Source: Eledone cirrhosa
Lineage: Eukaryota
Assembly: GCA_964016885.1 (NCBI GenBank)
Contig: OZ024742.1
Span: forward strand, 50,406,001-50,470,000
Direction of reading: 5' to 3'
DNA: 64,000 bases
Shown here: positions 46,404 through 64,000 of the stretch, piece after piece
Numbering within the stretch: position 1 is the first letter of the stretch
How the letters are laid out: every line of letters begins with the position of its first letter
Program-made: the position numbers and the translations under genes
The notes under the pieces: model-generated
Told to the model about the DNA's origin: nothing
Seen by the model: the letters and a program-made list of their open reading frames with translations, nothing else
The model's database searches: none

Positions 46404-46683
46404 GAAGAGAGAAGAAACATTTAGATATAATTAGTAATAAAATGTATCATACCTAAACTGTTCCTAAATTCTACGGTAATAAAATGTATCATACCTAAAC
46501 TGTTCCTAAATTCTACGGCCTCGATATGAATACCCCCTCCGCCTCCGTGGTATTTTCTTCGTGGTTATAAGAGGCTTAGCTCTGTTTCTCGACCGTTATA
46601 TCGCGTGACTATCTCCCCCTCCGCCTTTTGGGATTCTTTCTCACGTCGTGTAGACGCGTTCTTGAGACTAGTAAAATGAGGTA

Positions 46684-46771
46684 TCCTCTTGATAAGTCGG
46701 CAGACCTCGCAAGGACTCTATATCTTTGATATATTGTTTTTGTTTATGCCACGAAACTACGTAGTCGAGGA
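46684..46771 (+). ncRNA. Type I hammerhead ribozyme, family H6, U3-A8 core variant
   Basis: tcctc-TTGATAA-gt c ggca...tgcc ac-GAAA-ctacgtag-TC-gagga; palindromic stem III actacgtagt, GUC triplet. Confidence 0.85.
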
Positions 46772-47274
46772 ATTTAGGAACAGTTTAGGTATGATACATT
46801 TTATTACTAATTATATCTAAATGTTTCTTCTCTCTTCATAATGTATTTTTAACTCTGATACTGGTTCAGTCTGGTTCAAACTGAATTGGTCTGTCCCAGT
46901 CATTCATTGAGCAACATCGGTGAAGTTGGCACCCTTAACTCACAGTTGGGTGCGGATGCATTCATGTATATATGTGTGTGTCCGCATGTATCTGTGTGTT
47001 TCTAAATATATTAATAACTCCCTCTGGTCGAGCAATCTTTGAAGTGTGGGGACAACTGGAAAGCTTCCATTACTCATACTTCTCGCCTTCTTCACTACCT
47101 CTTCTACGGCCTCGATATGAATACCCCCTCCGCCTCCGTGGTATTTTCTTCGTGGTTATAAGAGGCTTAGCTCTGTTTCTCGACCGTTATATCGCGTGAC
47201 TATCTCCCCCTCCGCCTTTTGGGATTCTTTCTCACGTCGTGTAGACGCGTTCTTGAGACTAGTAAAATGAGGTA

Positions 47275-47362
47275 TCCTCTTGATAAGTCGGCAGACCTCG
47301 CAATGACTCTATATCTTTGATATATTGTTTTTGTTTATGCCACGAAACTACGTAGTCGAGGA
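47275..47362 (+). ncRNA. Type I hammerhead ribozyme, family H6 (second copy)
   Basis: Tandem copy of the 46684 motif. Confidence 0.85.
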
Positions 47363-47596
47363 ATTTAGGAACAGTTTAGGTATGATACATTTTATTACTA
47401 ATTATATCTAAATGTTTCTTCTCTCTTCATAATGTATTTTTAACTCTGATACTGGTTCAGTCTGGTTCAAACTGAATTGGTCTGTCCCAGTCATTCATTG
47501 AGCAACATCGGTGAAGTTGGCACCCTTAACTCACAGTTGGGTGCGGATGCATTCATGTATATATGTGTGTGTCCGCATGTATCTGTGTGTTTCTAA

Positions 47597-47708
<112 letters not shown>

Positions 47709-48237
47709 TAAGATCGGCGCTAATTACATATAAATTAATACCTCCATTTTAAAATAATTGAAAGTTGTATTGTCTTGCATGTTTACAGGCTTATAAATTA
47801 AGTACGTCTATTTATTTATACACGTTGGTGCACTTCGGTTACATAATCTGTTTGTATACTGTTATAATTTTATTATACAATTCGGCTGCTATCACACTTC
47901 TTAATATAAATCTAAATTAATTAACATCAGGATTGATGATCGTATGTATACTAGACGTCCGTTTCAGAATAATAATAATGTGTATATATAAACATCAAAC
48001 ACAACGATTGGAACATATACCGGCCTTCTGATGAGCGTCCAACCAGATCCGATTAAAGGTGTTTGATACCGTTTCAATTTCCTGGAAAATTCGTATTTTC
48101 TAGCATGTTTGCATGCCTACATATTAGGTATGTGTATATATTTATACACTTCTGTGAAATCTCAATTACACACTGTGTATTTATACATATATAATTTATC
48201 AAATATTTATATATATATGTGTGTGTATATGTATATA

Positions 48238-48286
<49 letters not shown>

Positions 48287-48299
48287 TATATATGTATAC

Positions 48300-48922
48300 A
48301 TTGAATGTGTAAACCACTTCCAATACCTTAGCAGCAACATCTCTGACGATGGGGATACTGAGGTGGATCTGCGCACAGGGCTGGGAAAAGCATCGGCGGT
48401 CTTTCAGCGACTCCGACCATTATGGTCCAGGTGTTCCATCGGCAACGCCTTCAAACTCTGTGTTTACATGTCCATTGTAGTACCAACAGCGATATATGCC
48501 TGTGAGACATGGAAGAGTACGGAAAGTGTATGTAATAAGCTTGATGTATTCCACCATCGCTGCATTCGGACCATATGGAACATTTCATGGAGAGACCAAG
48601 TTAACAACGAGGAAGTGATGAGGAGGTCAGGATTGGAGAGGTTAAGGGGTATTGTCCGGAAAAAGAGACGGCGGTTCGCGGGCCACATCATTCGTTTGCC
48701 GGCAGATCGACCAGCTCATATTGCCATGGACTGGGTACCAGAAGGTGGCAGGAGAGAACGGGGAAGACCACGAAAAACATGGCGGAGCACATTCAGGGAG
48801 AACATGAGGGAGATGTGAATTACCTGGAGAGGTGCTAGAAGGGCCGTCAGTGACAGGATCAAGTGGAGGAAGCTCGTCGCCCAATGTTCCACAAAAGACT
48901 GGAGGAACTAAGACTAAGACTA

Positions 48923-48925
<3 letters not shown>
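48300..48925 (+). mobile_element. 3' fragment of an RTE-clade LINE with (CTAAGA)3 tail
   Basis: FQYLSS, YACETW, LDVFHHRCIR.I..ISW.D.V.NEEV, FAGHIIR, RGRPRKTW; tandem-repeat tail; embedded in (TA)n. Confidence 0.88.
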
Positions 48926-48982
<57 letters not shown>

Positions 48983-48985
<3 letters not shown>

Positions 48986-49603
48986 GGTTTGAGGTTCACC
49001 ACTGTATAGAGCTGGAGTGCTTGGAAAAATAAATTTCCCCTTCTTTCGGTAAATGAAAATACTCGGCGTGGCTTAATTCGCCATGGGGCCCGGGGCGCCG
49101 CCGGTGTTTTTAACCGCCACATAGTACCTTTAAATTACAGAACAAATCGGAACTATTAGATATATCAACCTGAAAATGTTAAACTGTTGAACTTTAGATT
49201 TTCTAACCTCTTTAATATTAAATATTGATTATTAATTTTTTAACTTCATCCTAGAAGTCTAAACATTGTAACACACTGACTCCCAATATAATCAACTCTG
49301 CTAAGATGCGGGTCCCTGTAAAAATTTCCTCGCGCCACTCCTGTCCTGACTGTGGTCTGACATTAATATCGACCTTTCTTCCTCTTTCTTTCTATCTTCC
49401 TTCTTGTAGCCATCAACCCTTACTTTTCTACTTCTCCCTTCTCTTCCTTCTCTTCTCCCCTCTTCTTGTCTTCCTCCCGCAGACTTATCTTCCTTCCCCC
49501 TCTTGCTTGCCTATATCTGACCGGTAGTAGTTGCCTTTCTTCTTTTAGCTGACATTAACCCTGGCTTCTCTTCTTCTTTCTTCCCCCTTCTTCTCTCTCC
49601 TTC

Positions 49604-49637
<34 letters not shown>

Positions 49638-49943
49638 GTGTCATGAGATTGACAGAACTTATGTTCCCATCCCTTTCTGTTTTCGTTTATCTGACCGGTA
49701 GTAGCATACTATAAACTTTAGCCACGTCACTCGAGGGCGACCGGCCGAGGTTGAAGGAACAGAATAGCGGTCGCCCTCAGGTCCTCGATTTTCAGCCCCA
49801 TGGATTTTATCTATTACATTCACGTATTATATTTCGAATACCTGATGATATCACCGGATTTATACGGAACCCGGTCATTGAAATGATCATAGTATAATAA
49901 ACCTTTCAAGGATTTACACAAATCCAGCCTCCTGTCATTTCAT

Positions 49944-49945
<2 letters not shown>
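48983..49945 (+). mobile_element. Non-coding HHR-bearing unit, probably the 3' UTR/pLTR of another PLE family
   Basis: Pyrimidine-rich body like the P2 3' region, HHR near the 3' end, (TA)n on both flanks. Confidence 0.6.
49838..49895 (+). ncRNA. Type I hammerhead ribozyme, family H7
   Basis: atac-CTGATGA-t at c accgg...ccggt c at t-GAAA-tgatca-TA-gtat; palindromic stem III atgatcat, AUA triplet. Confidence 0.78.
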
Positions 49946-50041
<96 letters not shown>

Positions 50042-50547
50042 GTGTGTGTGTATATATATATATACATATATATATAATATATATATATGTATATATACGC
50101 ATACATATGTGTGTGTATGGGTATGTTGTGTGTGTATATAGGGAGGGCATTTGACAGTGATGTCTGTGAAAGAGATACGTGATAGAGATGTGGGAATGAA
50201 ATTTTGTTAAGGAAATGAGATTAAGAGAAAAAAATCTAATATAAAGAATATCAAATCATGTTAAACGATATATTTAACTGTCCACGATGCAAGAGTGGCT
50301 CAGAATTTTTCAACAACTTGGTATATCATTTTGCGGTGTTTTTAGAATCTATTGTAATACTCTGTAATTAGCTTTCAATTATGGCCATTAATATGAAAGA
50401 CACGATTGAATGTTGCCAGAAATGCAAAGGAAACTTTAAGTATATGCTTAAATGAAGCGTTAGCTGTTCACTTGAGATTTGTCATCGACAACTTCAATCG
50501 AGATAATTATCATGTATAGTAAAAAAGTTGGAGATGTAAGAAGAAAA

Positions 50548-52764
50548 TTGAGTCCCTACTGAATGGGACACTAAAACACATAGACACTAAAAATAGAATG
50601 GAAATAAAGTACAAAACTAGGAGGAAAAAGCTAAATATTATCATAGAGGAACTGAAGCAACGCATTGTAGCAAATAGTGCAAAAATCAGGCGATACGAGA
50701 ACAGAGTCAGTCAGTATAGACAGAACCGCATGTTCGGCAACAATCAGAAGATGATGTTTGTACAGCTTGAAGGGAAAGAAAGAGGCAACGACTTGATCTC
50801 TGAGGCGGAACAAACTAAAACATTCTGGAGAGGAATATGGGAGCAGGATGTTAAACATAATGACAAGGCAGTGTGGATTGAAACAGTACAGAAGAAGATC
50901 AGTGAACAGGCACACCAACAAACTGATTTGAGTATCACAGTTGAAACTCTTAAGGGGCAGGCCCAAAAACTAACCAACTGGAAATCACCTGGCCCAGATG
51001 GTGTGCATGGGTATTGGATTAAAAACATAACATCCCTCCGCCCGAAACTGACAACCAAGTTCAATACCTGCTTGATGCCAGGTGAGGTACCAGAGTGGTT
51101 GACAAAAGGTACCACAGTTCTGATAATGAAAGACCGAATCAAGGGTAATGATGTTACCAACTATAGACCTATCACATGTCTGTCCGTAATGTGGAAACTG
51201 TTGACAAGCATTATGTCTGAGGAAATCTACCATCACCTCCACACAAACAACTTGTTACCGGACGAACAGAAAGGATGTCGAAAGAAGTCACGTGGTACAA
51301 AGGACCATTTACTTATTGATAAGATGGTAATGAAGAATTGCAAGAGGAGACACACTGGTCTTGCCATGGGATGGATAGACTACAAAAAGGCATTTGATAT
51401 GGTGCAACATTCTTGGATCACCAAAAGCCTGGAGATCTTCAAGGTGGCAGATAACATCAGACAGTTGTTGGGCAAAAGTATGAAGTCCTGGGAAACAGAG
51501 TTAAAAAATAATGAAGGAATTGATAAGAACTGAATACCTTCGGAGAGTAAGGAGCGTATTAAAGTCACATCTGAACAGTAGGAATGCCATAAGTGCAGTA
51601 AATTCTCGAGCTGTGTTTATTATTAGGTACAGTGCGGGAATTCTGAGATGGAATGATGCTGAACAATAAGAAATGGATAGGAAGACTAGGAAGCTATTGA
51701 CTATCTACAATATGTTCCACAAGAGGAGTGATGTCGATAGACTCTACTTAAGGAGGTCTGAGGGTGGGAGAGGTCTTATCAGCATAGAGGACTGTGTTCA
51801 GATGGAGAAAAACAACTTACACAAATACGTGACTGATAGTAAGGAGCCAATGCTCAGAACTGTACTGAAGGAGGGGACAATAGGCCACGGGATGTCCAAG
51901 GAGGAAATAACATCACGGAGAAAGATCAGCCTTCAGGAAAAATCCTTTCATAGTACCGTCTTTGAGAAAACTGAATTTAGAGATCCACAGACATGGAAGT
52001 GGTTGAAAAGAGGAGACCTTAAAAAGGCTACAGAAGGAATGTTCATGGCTGCGCAGGAGCAGGCCCTCAAAACGAAGTGGTTGAAACACCACATTTACAA
52101 GGAGGAGGCTAGCCCACTGTGCAGGATCTGTGGAAAGAGAGAGGAGACTGTGGCTCACATTGTATCCGAGTGTAAACACCTAGCCCAGACTCACTATAAG
52201 GGCTGGAGACATGATGTGATGGGCAGGGTGATCCACTGGCACCTATGCAAAGTAAACAATTTACCACATTTTGAGAAGTGGTATGAGCATAAGCCAGAGG
52301 TGGTGATAGAAAACGATCAGGTGTAGGTGCTGTGGGATTTTAGGATACAGACGGACAAGAAACTGGAACACAATAGACGTGACCTGGTGGTTTTGCACAA
52401 AGAAAGAAGATCGTGCCTAATTGTGGATGTGCCCTGCCCATTTGACACGAGAGTGCAAGAGAAGGACAGGGAGAAAATTAACCGATACCAGGAATTAAAG
52501 TGGGAGGTAAAAAGGATTTGGAGCTGTCATGAAGTCAAAGTGGTCCCGATTGTCATAGGCGCACTAGGGACAATCTCAAAAAGTTTCCAGGGATGGTTAA
52601 AGAAAATTGACCCCTTCACGCTTTTTGGAACGCTTCAAAAGGCATGCTTGCTGGGAACAGCAAGAATCCTCCGATACGTCCTGAATATCTGAAGCTGCAG
52701 GTAGTGGCTTGATATTCATCTCAACAAACTTTCCAGTTAACTAACATCAATGATTGAGACTCAA
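50548..52764 (+). mobile_element. R4-type family R-1 copy B: 3' two-thirds, ~0.42 kb internal deletion removing the RT core
   Basis: Aligns to copy A from ~15053; jumps from A~16005 to A~16427 at 51502; ends in (TAA)n. Confidence 0.92.
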
Positions 52765-52775
52765 ATAGTAATAAC

Positions 52776-52809
<34 letters not shown>

Positions 52810-53909
52810 CCTATAGCGAATCACAGCTATGACCGATATTTCCTGTATTTGATATTTTTACATGTGCAAACAAATGTCATAACTGCAATGCTTCTTCGTG
52901 ATGGTTATTATGAATAATTTTATTCAAATGAAACAGTAGTGAAAGCGTTTGTTTGTTATATACTTTTCTTCATTATTCGTGTATTTGTTCATTTCCTTGT
53001 TCTTTTATTTCATTTACTTAATACCAATTAATAATATATATTTTTAATAAATCACTTTATTCGACAGTGGTTCTTTTATTGATATGGTTTGCAAAAGTAA
53101 ATGTTTTATTTAATATTTACATATGTTACCAATTTCCATTTTCATTTTTATTACTTTGAACAATCATGAAATTTGAATATATAAATATATAATGTTTATA
53201 TATAAGTATAAAGAAACTTTTCGATCGCAGAAATTCTATAAAATTTGCATATAAAATAGGGCGAAGGCAATTAGAATACTGAAAAAGAAATTGCCATCGG
53301 CCGCTGTGAAGAAATGAACCCCATATCTCTTAGATACCGGCTAGAGCCTTTCAACCATGAAGTTAAGGATCCATGTCATTTCCTTTCCTATCATTCTAAC
53401 TAGATAACTGGACAACAACTCTGAGATGTAGTTAGAATTTTGTTTAAATGAAGTAGGATTGAATAAATTATATATTTGCCCACAGATTTAGAGTCATCTA
53501 CATATGTAAACAATTCTTATTTCTAAAAAAAAACATTTCAGTATAATCAGTGACACCACATTTCATTCAGTTCTGTCAGATCTATTTGAAAACGTTAGTT
53601 GAATTTCTCAAATTGGATGAAACGATTGATTTTCATCGAAATAATTTATAACCATAGAGTATTGAAAGGGTTATAACAGAAGTTTCATTATTTTTCCTCC
53701 TCGTTAATTTTAGTCTAATATTATGTAATCCTGAATATCTTTTGTTTTTCGTTGAATTTTTACAACACTCATTCGTTATGTATTTATTACTTACATACTT
53801 TCATTTTTCTTTCTTTTTCCATTCATTCTTATATCCTTCTATGGTTGACGTCTCCTTTCTTGTTTTTCTTCATACATATTTTCTTCTTACATCTCCAACT
53901 TTTTACTAT

Positions 53910-55576
53910 TTACATTTCCCTGATTTGACCACTCAGTCGTTTCTTCCACCAAGGCTCTGCTCTTTCTTGTCTGTTGTTTTCTCTCGCTTTTATACCAAGC
54001 AGTTTCCTCACCGTATTTGCTGTTGCTTTGAGGATATTGTTGCACTGGTGAAGGCTCCTCGCCTCAAGGTATGGGATGACTTTGTTTACCTTAGCTGTTG
54101 TTTCTTTTAACTTTTTCCTGTTTACAAATCTTAGGTTCATAGGTCTCCCACTATCATTGTTCAATTCATCTACCACTAAGTTTAGGATATCTACCAGATC
54201 TTGTCCTAGCCCGTCAGCATTCATCTCCTCAGTGGCCGTATCTCTGTTCCAGGTATTATTTATCTCAGCATTCAGATCATTGTCTGTTTCGGATGGTTCC
54301 TCCGTTCTCTCGACCTCTTGACCTTCATTTCCCACAGGCTCGTTTGCCTGGCATACTCCACCCTCCATCTCCAAGCTAATCTCTCTGCTCAGTTCCTCCA
54401 GTTCCAGCTTGCCTATCCACCCATTAGTTCTAATTACCCGAGCCTGCCCGGCCAGTTTTTGTTCATCTAATTTAAATAGACCAATCTCGTTCCAGATGTT
54501 ATTTATCCGTCTCCTATAGCCCCTCTCCTTGGGGTTACTTTTCAGGTAACATTGCATAACAGTTCTATTCAATTCTTTCGTCCAGTTGGTTCTGGTCCCT
54601 TTCCTTCTTATTCTTCTTCCGACACCAGCAGTATTTGGTTGACAGCCAGGTCCCTGCTGCTGAGCCAGGGAGCACCTGTTGGGTGAGAGTCTGTCACATG
54701 ACATTCTAGTCTCCATTTCACCGTTATTCGAACTGTTTAGGTTCGACATTTAAACACTCTTATCGAGGATTGGCGAATGTATGGTTACATAACCACCGGT
54801 GAATTACTTGTCTCCGGTGGTTTCGTCACTCCACGTGACTTTTGTGTGGCATTATCACGCTGTAGACGAACCCAAACAAATAAACAACCAAACAGGCAGC
54901 AAAAAACCCCCAAAATGAATTAGCATAAGTTTCATTGTAATGTAGTGTTTGAATGTATGACTTACTTCTTCCCTTCCCTTCTCTGTCCGTCCGTTTGTTT
55001 TTCTCTTCATTTTTATTTCCTTTACGTTTTTCCTTGTTGCTGTGCTGCTTTTATTTTTATTTTTTTTTTTATTTTGACCGGGTCATCAATTCAGTCTATT
55101 TATATATTTTGATGCCTTCCTCTTTTAGTGAGAATTCTACAATGTAGCAGGGGCTAGCGGGAGAGAATAGCGGCGGTAGTGACAATGAGACAGCGGCGGC
55201 GGCGGCGATGGCGGTGCTGTGCCAGAGGCAACTACCAGGAGGTAGTGGGAGAAAGTAGCGGCGGTAGCGATAATGAGGCAGTGGTGGTGGTGATGATGTG
55301 GTCGTATTACTGTAATGATGGTGTTGAAGTTGGAGTAGAAATTTGAGTCGACATGATCAGAGTTTTCATCGTTGTCGTGGTGGCGGTATTGGTGGTGAAA
55401 TTATCTTTAGTGAAATTATCATTAGTCGCATATATGTGTTGACATTAATACCATAATATTGGAATTAAACATTTTGTTAAAACTAAAACTTGATTCTGAT
55501 TTTTTTTTTTTTTGGGGGGGGGGATTTTGACCAGATCATCCATTCAGTCTATTTATATATTTTGATGTTTTACTCT

Positions 55577-55578
<2 letters not shown>
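53910..55578 (-). mobile_element. R4-type family R-1 copy C: 5' UTR and N-terminal ORF
   Basis: ORF 53910-54749 matches A 14195-15030; 5' flank is (TAA)n. Confidence 0.9.
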
Positions 55579-60649
<5,071 letters not shown>

Positions 60650-60661
60650 GTTATTGTTATT

Positions 60662-62525
60662 CCTTGAATCTCAGTCATTGATGTTGGTTAACTGGAAAGT
60701 CCGTTGGATTGAATATCAAGCCACTACCTGCAGCCTCAGATATTCAGGACGTATCGGAGGGTTCTTGCTGTTCCAAGCAAGCATGCCTTTTGAAGCGTTC
60801 CAAAAAGCGTGAAGGGGCCGATTTTCTTTAACCATCCCTGGAAACCTTTGGAGATAGTCCCTAGTGCGCCTATGACAATCGGGATCACTTTGACTTCATG
60901 GCAGTTCCAAATCCTTTTCACCTCCCACTTTAGGTCCTGGTATCGGTTGATTTTCTCCCTCTCCTTCTCTTGCACTCTCGTGTCGAACGGGCAGGCCACA
61001 TCCACAATCAGGCACGATCTTTTTTCTTTGTCCACAACCACCAGGTCAGGTCTATTGTGTTCCAGTTTTTTGGCCGTCTGTATCCTAAAATCCCACAGCA
61101 CCTTCACCTGACTGTTCTCCATCACCGCCTCTGGCCTATACTCATACCATTTCTCAGAATGTGGCAGATTGTTTACTTTGCACAGGTGCCAGTGGATCAC
61201 CCTGCCCATCACATCGTATCTCCAGCCCTTATAGTGGGTCTGGGCTAGGTGTTTACACTCGGACACAATGTGAGCCACAGTCTCCTCTCTCTCTCCACAG
61301 ATCCTGCACAGTGGGCTAGCCTCCTCCTTGTAGATATGGTGCTTCAACCACTTCGTTTTGAGGGCCTGCTCCTGCGCAGCCATTAGCATTCCTTCTGTAG
61401 CCTTTTTGAGGTCTCCTCTTCTCAACCAGTTCCATGTCTGTGGATCTCTAAATTCAGTTTTCTCAAAGAAGGTACTATGAAGGGATTTTCCCTTAAGGCT
61501 GCTCTTCCTCCTTGATGTTATTTCCTCCTTGGACATCCCCTGGCCTACTGTCCTCTCCTTCAGTACAGTTCTGAGCATTGGCTCCTTACTATAGGTCACG
61601 TATTTGTATAGGTTGTTTTTCTCCATCCGAACACAGTCCTCTATGCTGATAAGACCTCTTCCACCCTCAGATCTCCTTAGGTAGAGTCTATCGACATCAC
61701 TCCTCTTGTGGAACATGTTGTAGATAGTCAATAGCTTCCTAGTCTTCCTATCCATTTCTTTTTGTTCAGCAACATTCCATCTCAGAATTCCCGCACTGTA
61801 CCTAATAATAGACACAGCTCGGGAATTTACTGCGCTTATGGCATTTCTGCTGTTCAGATGTGACTTCAATACGCTCCTTACTCTCCGAATGTATTCAGTT
61901 CTTAACAATTCCTTCATTTTTTTGTTCTTTATGCCATCAGCCTCCAGAACGCCCAAATACTTGTATCCTTCCTCAGAGTCAATTTCCTTTATCATCTCAC
62001 CTGTTGGTATCTGGATCCCGTTACTTCTGCTCAACCTACCCCTCTTCATCACAATGACTCCACATTTACCAATACCAAACTGCATACATATATCACTGCT
62101 GAAAATACGGACAGTGTCAACAAGCACATCCAACTCCTTCTCACTTTTCCCGAAGAGCTGAAGATCGTCCATGAAGAGGAGGTGATTGATGGTAAGCTCT
62201 CCCCTTCCCAACTTGTATCCTGCTCTCACTTTTCGCAGCATAATGGTCAAGGGCATCAGGGCAAGGACAAACAACAGAGGGGACAGGCTATCTCCCTGGA
62301 AGATACCTCTCTTGATCTTCACGCTTCCCAAGGATACTCCAGTTGATGTCAACTCTGTCTCCCAGGACCCCATACTCCTGCCCAGCAACTGTCTGATGTT
62401 ATCTGCCACCCTGAATATCTCCAGGCTTTTGGTGATCCAGGAATGAGGCACCATGTCAAATGCCTTTCTGTAGTCTATCCATCCCATGGCAAGATCAGTG
62501 TGTCTCCTCCTGCAATTCCCCATTA
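60662..62525 (-). mobile_element. R4-type family R-1 copy D, 5'-truncated, open frame to the stop
   Basis: Near-identical to A from MGNCRRR to RYVLNI; (TAA)n on both sides. Confidence 0.94.
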
Positions 62526-62596
<71 letters not shown>

Positions 62597-62597
<1 letters not shown>

Positions 62598-62971
62598 CTT
62601 GAATCTCAGTCATTGATGTTAGTTAACTGGAAAGTCCGTTGGAAGGAATATCAAGCCACTACCTGCAGCCTCAGATATTCAGGACGTATCGGAGGGTTCT
62701 TGCTGTTCCCAGCAAGCATGCCTTTTGAAGCGTTCCAAAAAGCGTGAACGGGCCAATTTTCTTTCACCATCCCTGGAAACTTTTGGAGATAGTCCCCAGT
62801 GCGCCTATGACAATCGGGATCACTTTGACTTCATGGCAGTTCCAAATCCTTTTTACCTCCCACTTTAAGTCCTGGTATCGGTTAATTTTCTCCCTCTCCT
62901 TCTCTTGCACTCTCGTGTCGAATGGGCAGGCCACATCCACAATCAGACACGATCTTTTTTCTTTGTCCACA
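62597..62971 (-). mobile_element. R4-type family R-1 copy E, short 3' fragment
   Basis: RLE C-terminus plus 3' UTR; (TAA)n on both sides. Confidence 0.93.
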
Positions 62972-63035
<64 letters not shown>

Positions 63036-64000
63036 GAATGCTGTGGTTGGCGGAGGCTCGGGTCTGTAAGGTATTGTAAATTTTGACCGATATGACAATT
63101 GTAAATTGTTTAAAACTTTAACCAAATTGTAGACAAACACACCCTCCTCCTCGTGAGAGGGGTCTTTCTACCCGTTATTTGGCCCTTCGGGGTTAAATAA
63201 CCGCTTATTGGGGTTTTGTGCCCAATATTTATTTTAAACAAAAAAAACAACACGGCCACGAAAAAGAATTTTCATAGGTCACTCCCACTCATTCCCTCTT
63301 CTTCTTCCTCAATCGTCACTACAGCAGAGAGAAGATTGTCTCTCTCCCTCCCTTCTCTTTCACAAGCGACGCCAGAAAAGAAAAATCACGTGCAAAGCGT
63401 GCAATATTTCTCCACGACGACGATGACAACGACGAAAAAGGTGTTCGGGAAATACGAAAACCCATTACATTCGTCTGACGTCAGGAATAATAGTAGTAGC
63501 AGCCGTAATAACAGCAGCAGCAGCAACGGTAACAAGGAAAACAACAGTAGCAGCCGCAACAGCATCAGCAGCAGCATAAACAACAACAGCATTAGCAGCA
63601 ACAACAACAGCAGCAGCAGCAACAACAACAACCACAGCAACAGCGGCGGCGGCAGTAGTCGTAGTACCTGCAGCAACAACAAAAGTAACAGCAGCTCTGA
63701 CGACAACAACAACAACAACAGCAGCAAAGAAAAAACAATCTCTTTGCAGGTATCGCAAAGAACCTGGAAACCATCCTCATAACAAATGAGGAATTAGAGG
63801 AAGCAAAGAAGATGGTGACAAAAACCGGACACCGAGCTATCTGCAAGGTAGCCGAAAGATTTTTCGAAACCCAACAGCACTGTACGGTCATGTACCGTAC
63901 AGTAAGAACAAAATCCCATATGGTTGAAAGAGCCACAGAGGCTCAAATACAAAAAGCCTTAGGGTCTGTGTGGCAGCGGAAAACGCACATCACTCGAGGC
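63036..64000 (+). mobile_element. Tx1-like copy T3 (T1-type 5' UTR and ORF1), runs off the window
   Basis: Reverse-complement match to 22705-23676 with the same 5' start gaatgct; preceded by (TTA)n. Confidence 0.92.

Noticed and set aside
48024-48060. cctt-CTGATGA...aagg hammerhead-like start
   Set aside because: No GAAA or stem III; at most a decayed remnant.
53295-53375. tRNA-like sequence on the minus strand
   Set aside because: A and B boxes are degenerate and there is no consistent cloverleaf; possibly an old SINE head.
54785-54840. Hammerhead-like stemII-GAAAC-stemIII-GUU in the R-1 copy C leader
   Set aside because: No CUGANGA or stem I upstream, and copy A lacks GAAA.
60736-62613. 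625-aa ORF with a poly-Ile N-terminus as a membrane-anchored RT
   Set aside because: Poly-Ile is the (TAA)n spacer fused by chance to a 5'-truncated element.

Overview
Eukaryotic, AT- and microsatellite-rich DNA with no recognisable host gene. A short remnant resembling an octopus SINE, recalled rather than searched, tentatively suggests a cephalopod mollusc. Most short ORFs in the track are translations of (TA)n/(CA)n/(TAA)n/(GA)n repeats or antisense shadows of transposon ORFs. The real content is nested mobile DNA: (1) Penelope-like elements (PLE; RT plus GIY-YIG) and several non-coding 0.5-0.6 kb repeat units, nearly all in (TA)n, carrying 13 type I hammerhead ribozyme (HHR) motifs from 7 sequence families that I folded by eye, one of them degenerate; (2) two families of R4/Dong-type RT-RLE non-LTR retrotransposons in (TAA)n; (3) three Tx1/L1-clade APE-RT elements in the same microsatellite on the opposite strand, (TTA)n; (4) a Chapaev3-like DNA transposon, a Helitron Rep remnant, and RTE, CRE and old PLE remnants. 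The main signal is a microsatellite niche system: three retroelement classes partition (TA)n, (TAA)n and (TTA)n, with retrozyme-like HHR units that have non-canonical cores. All alignments and folds were done by eye and need computational confirmation.
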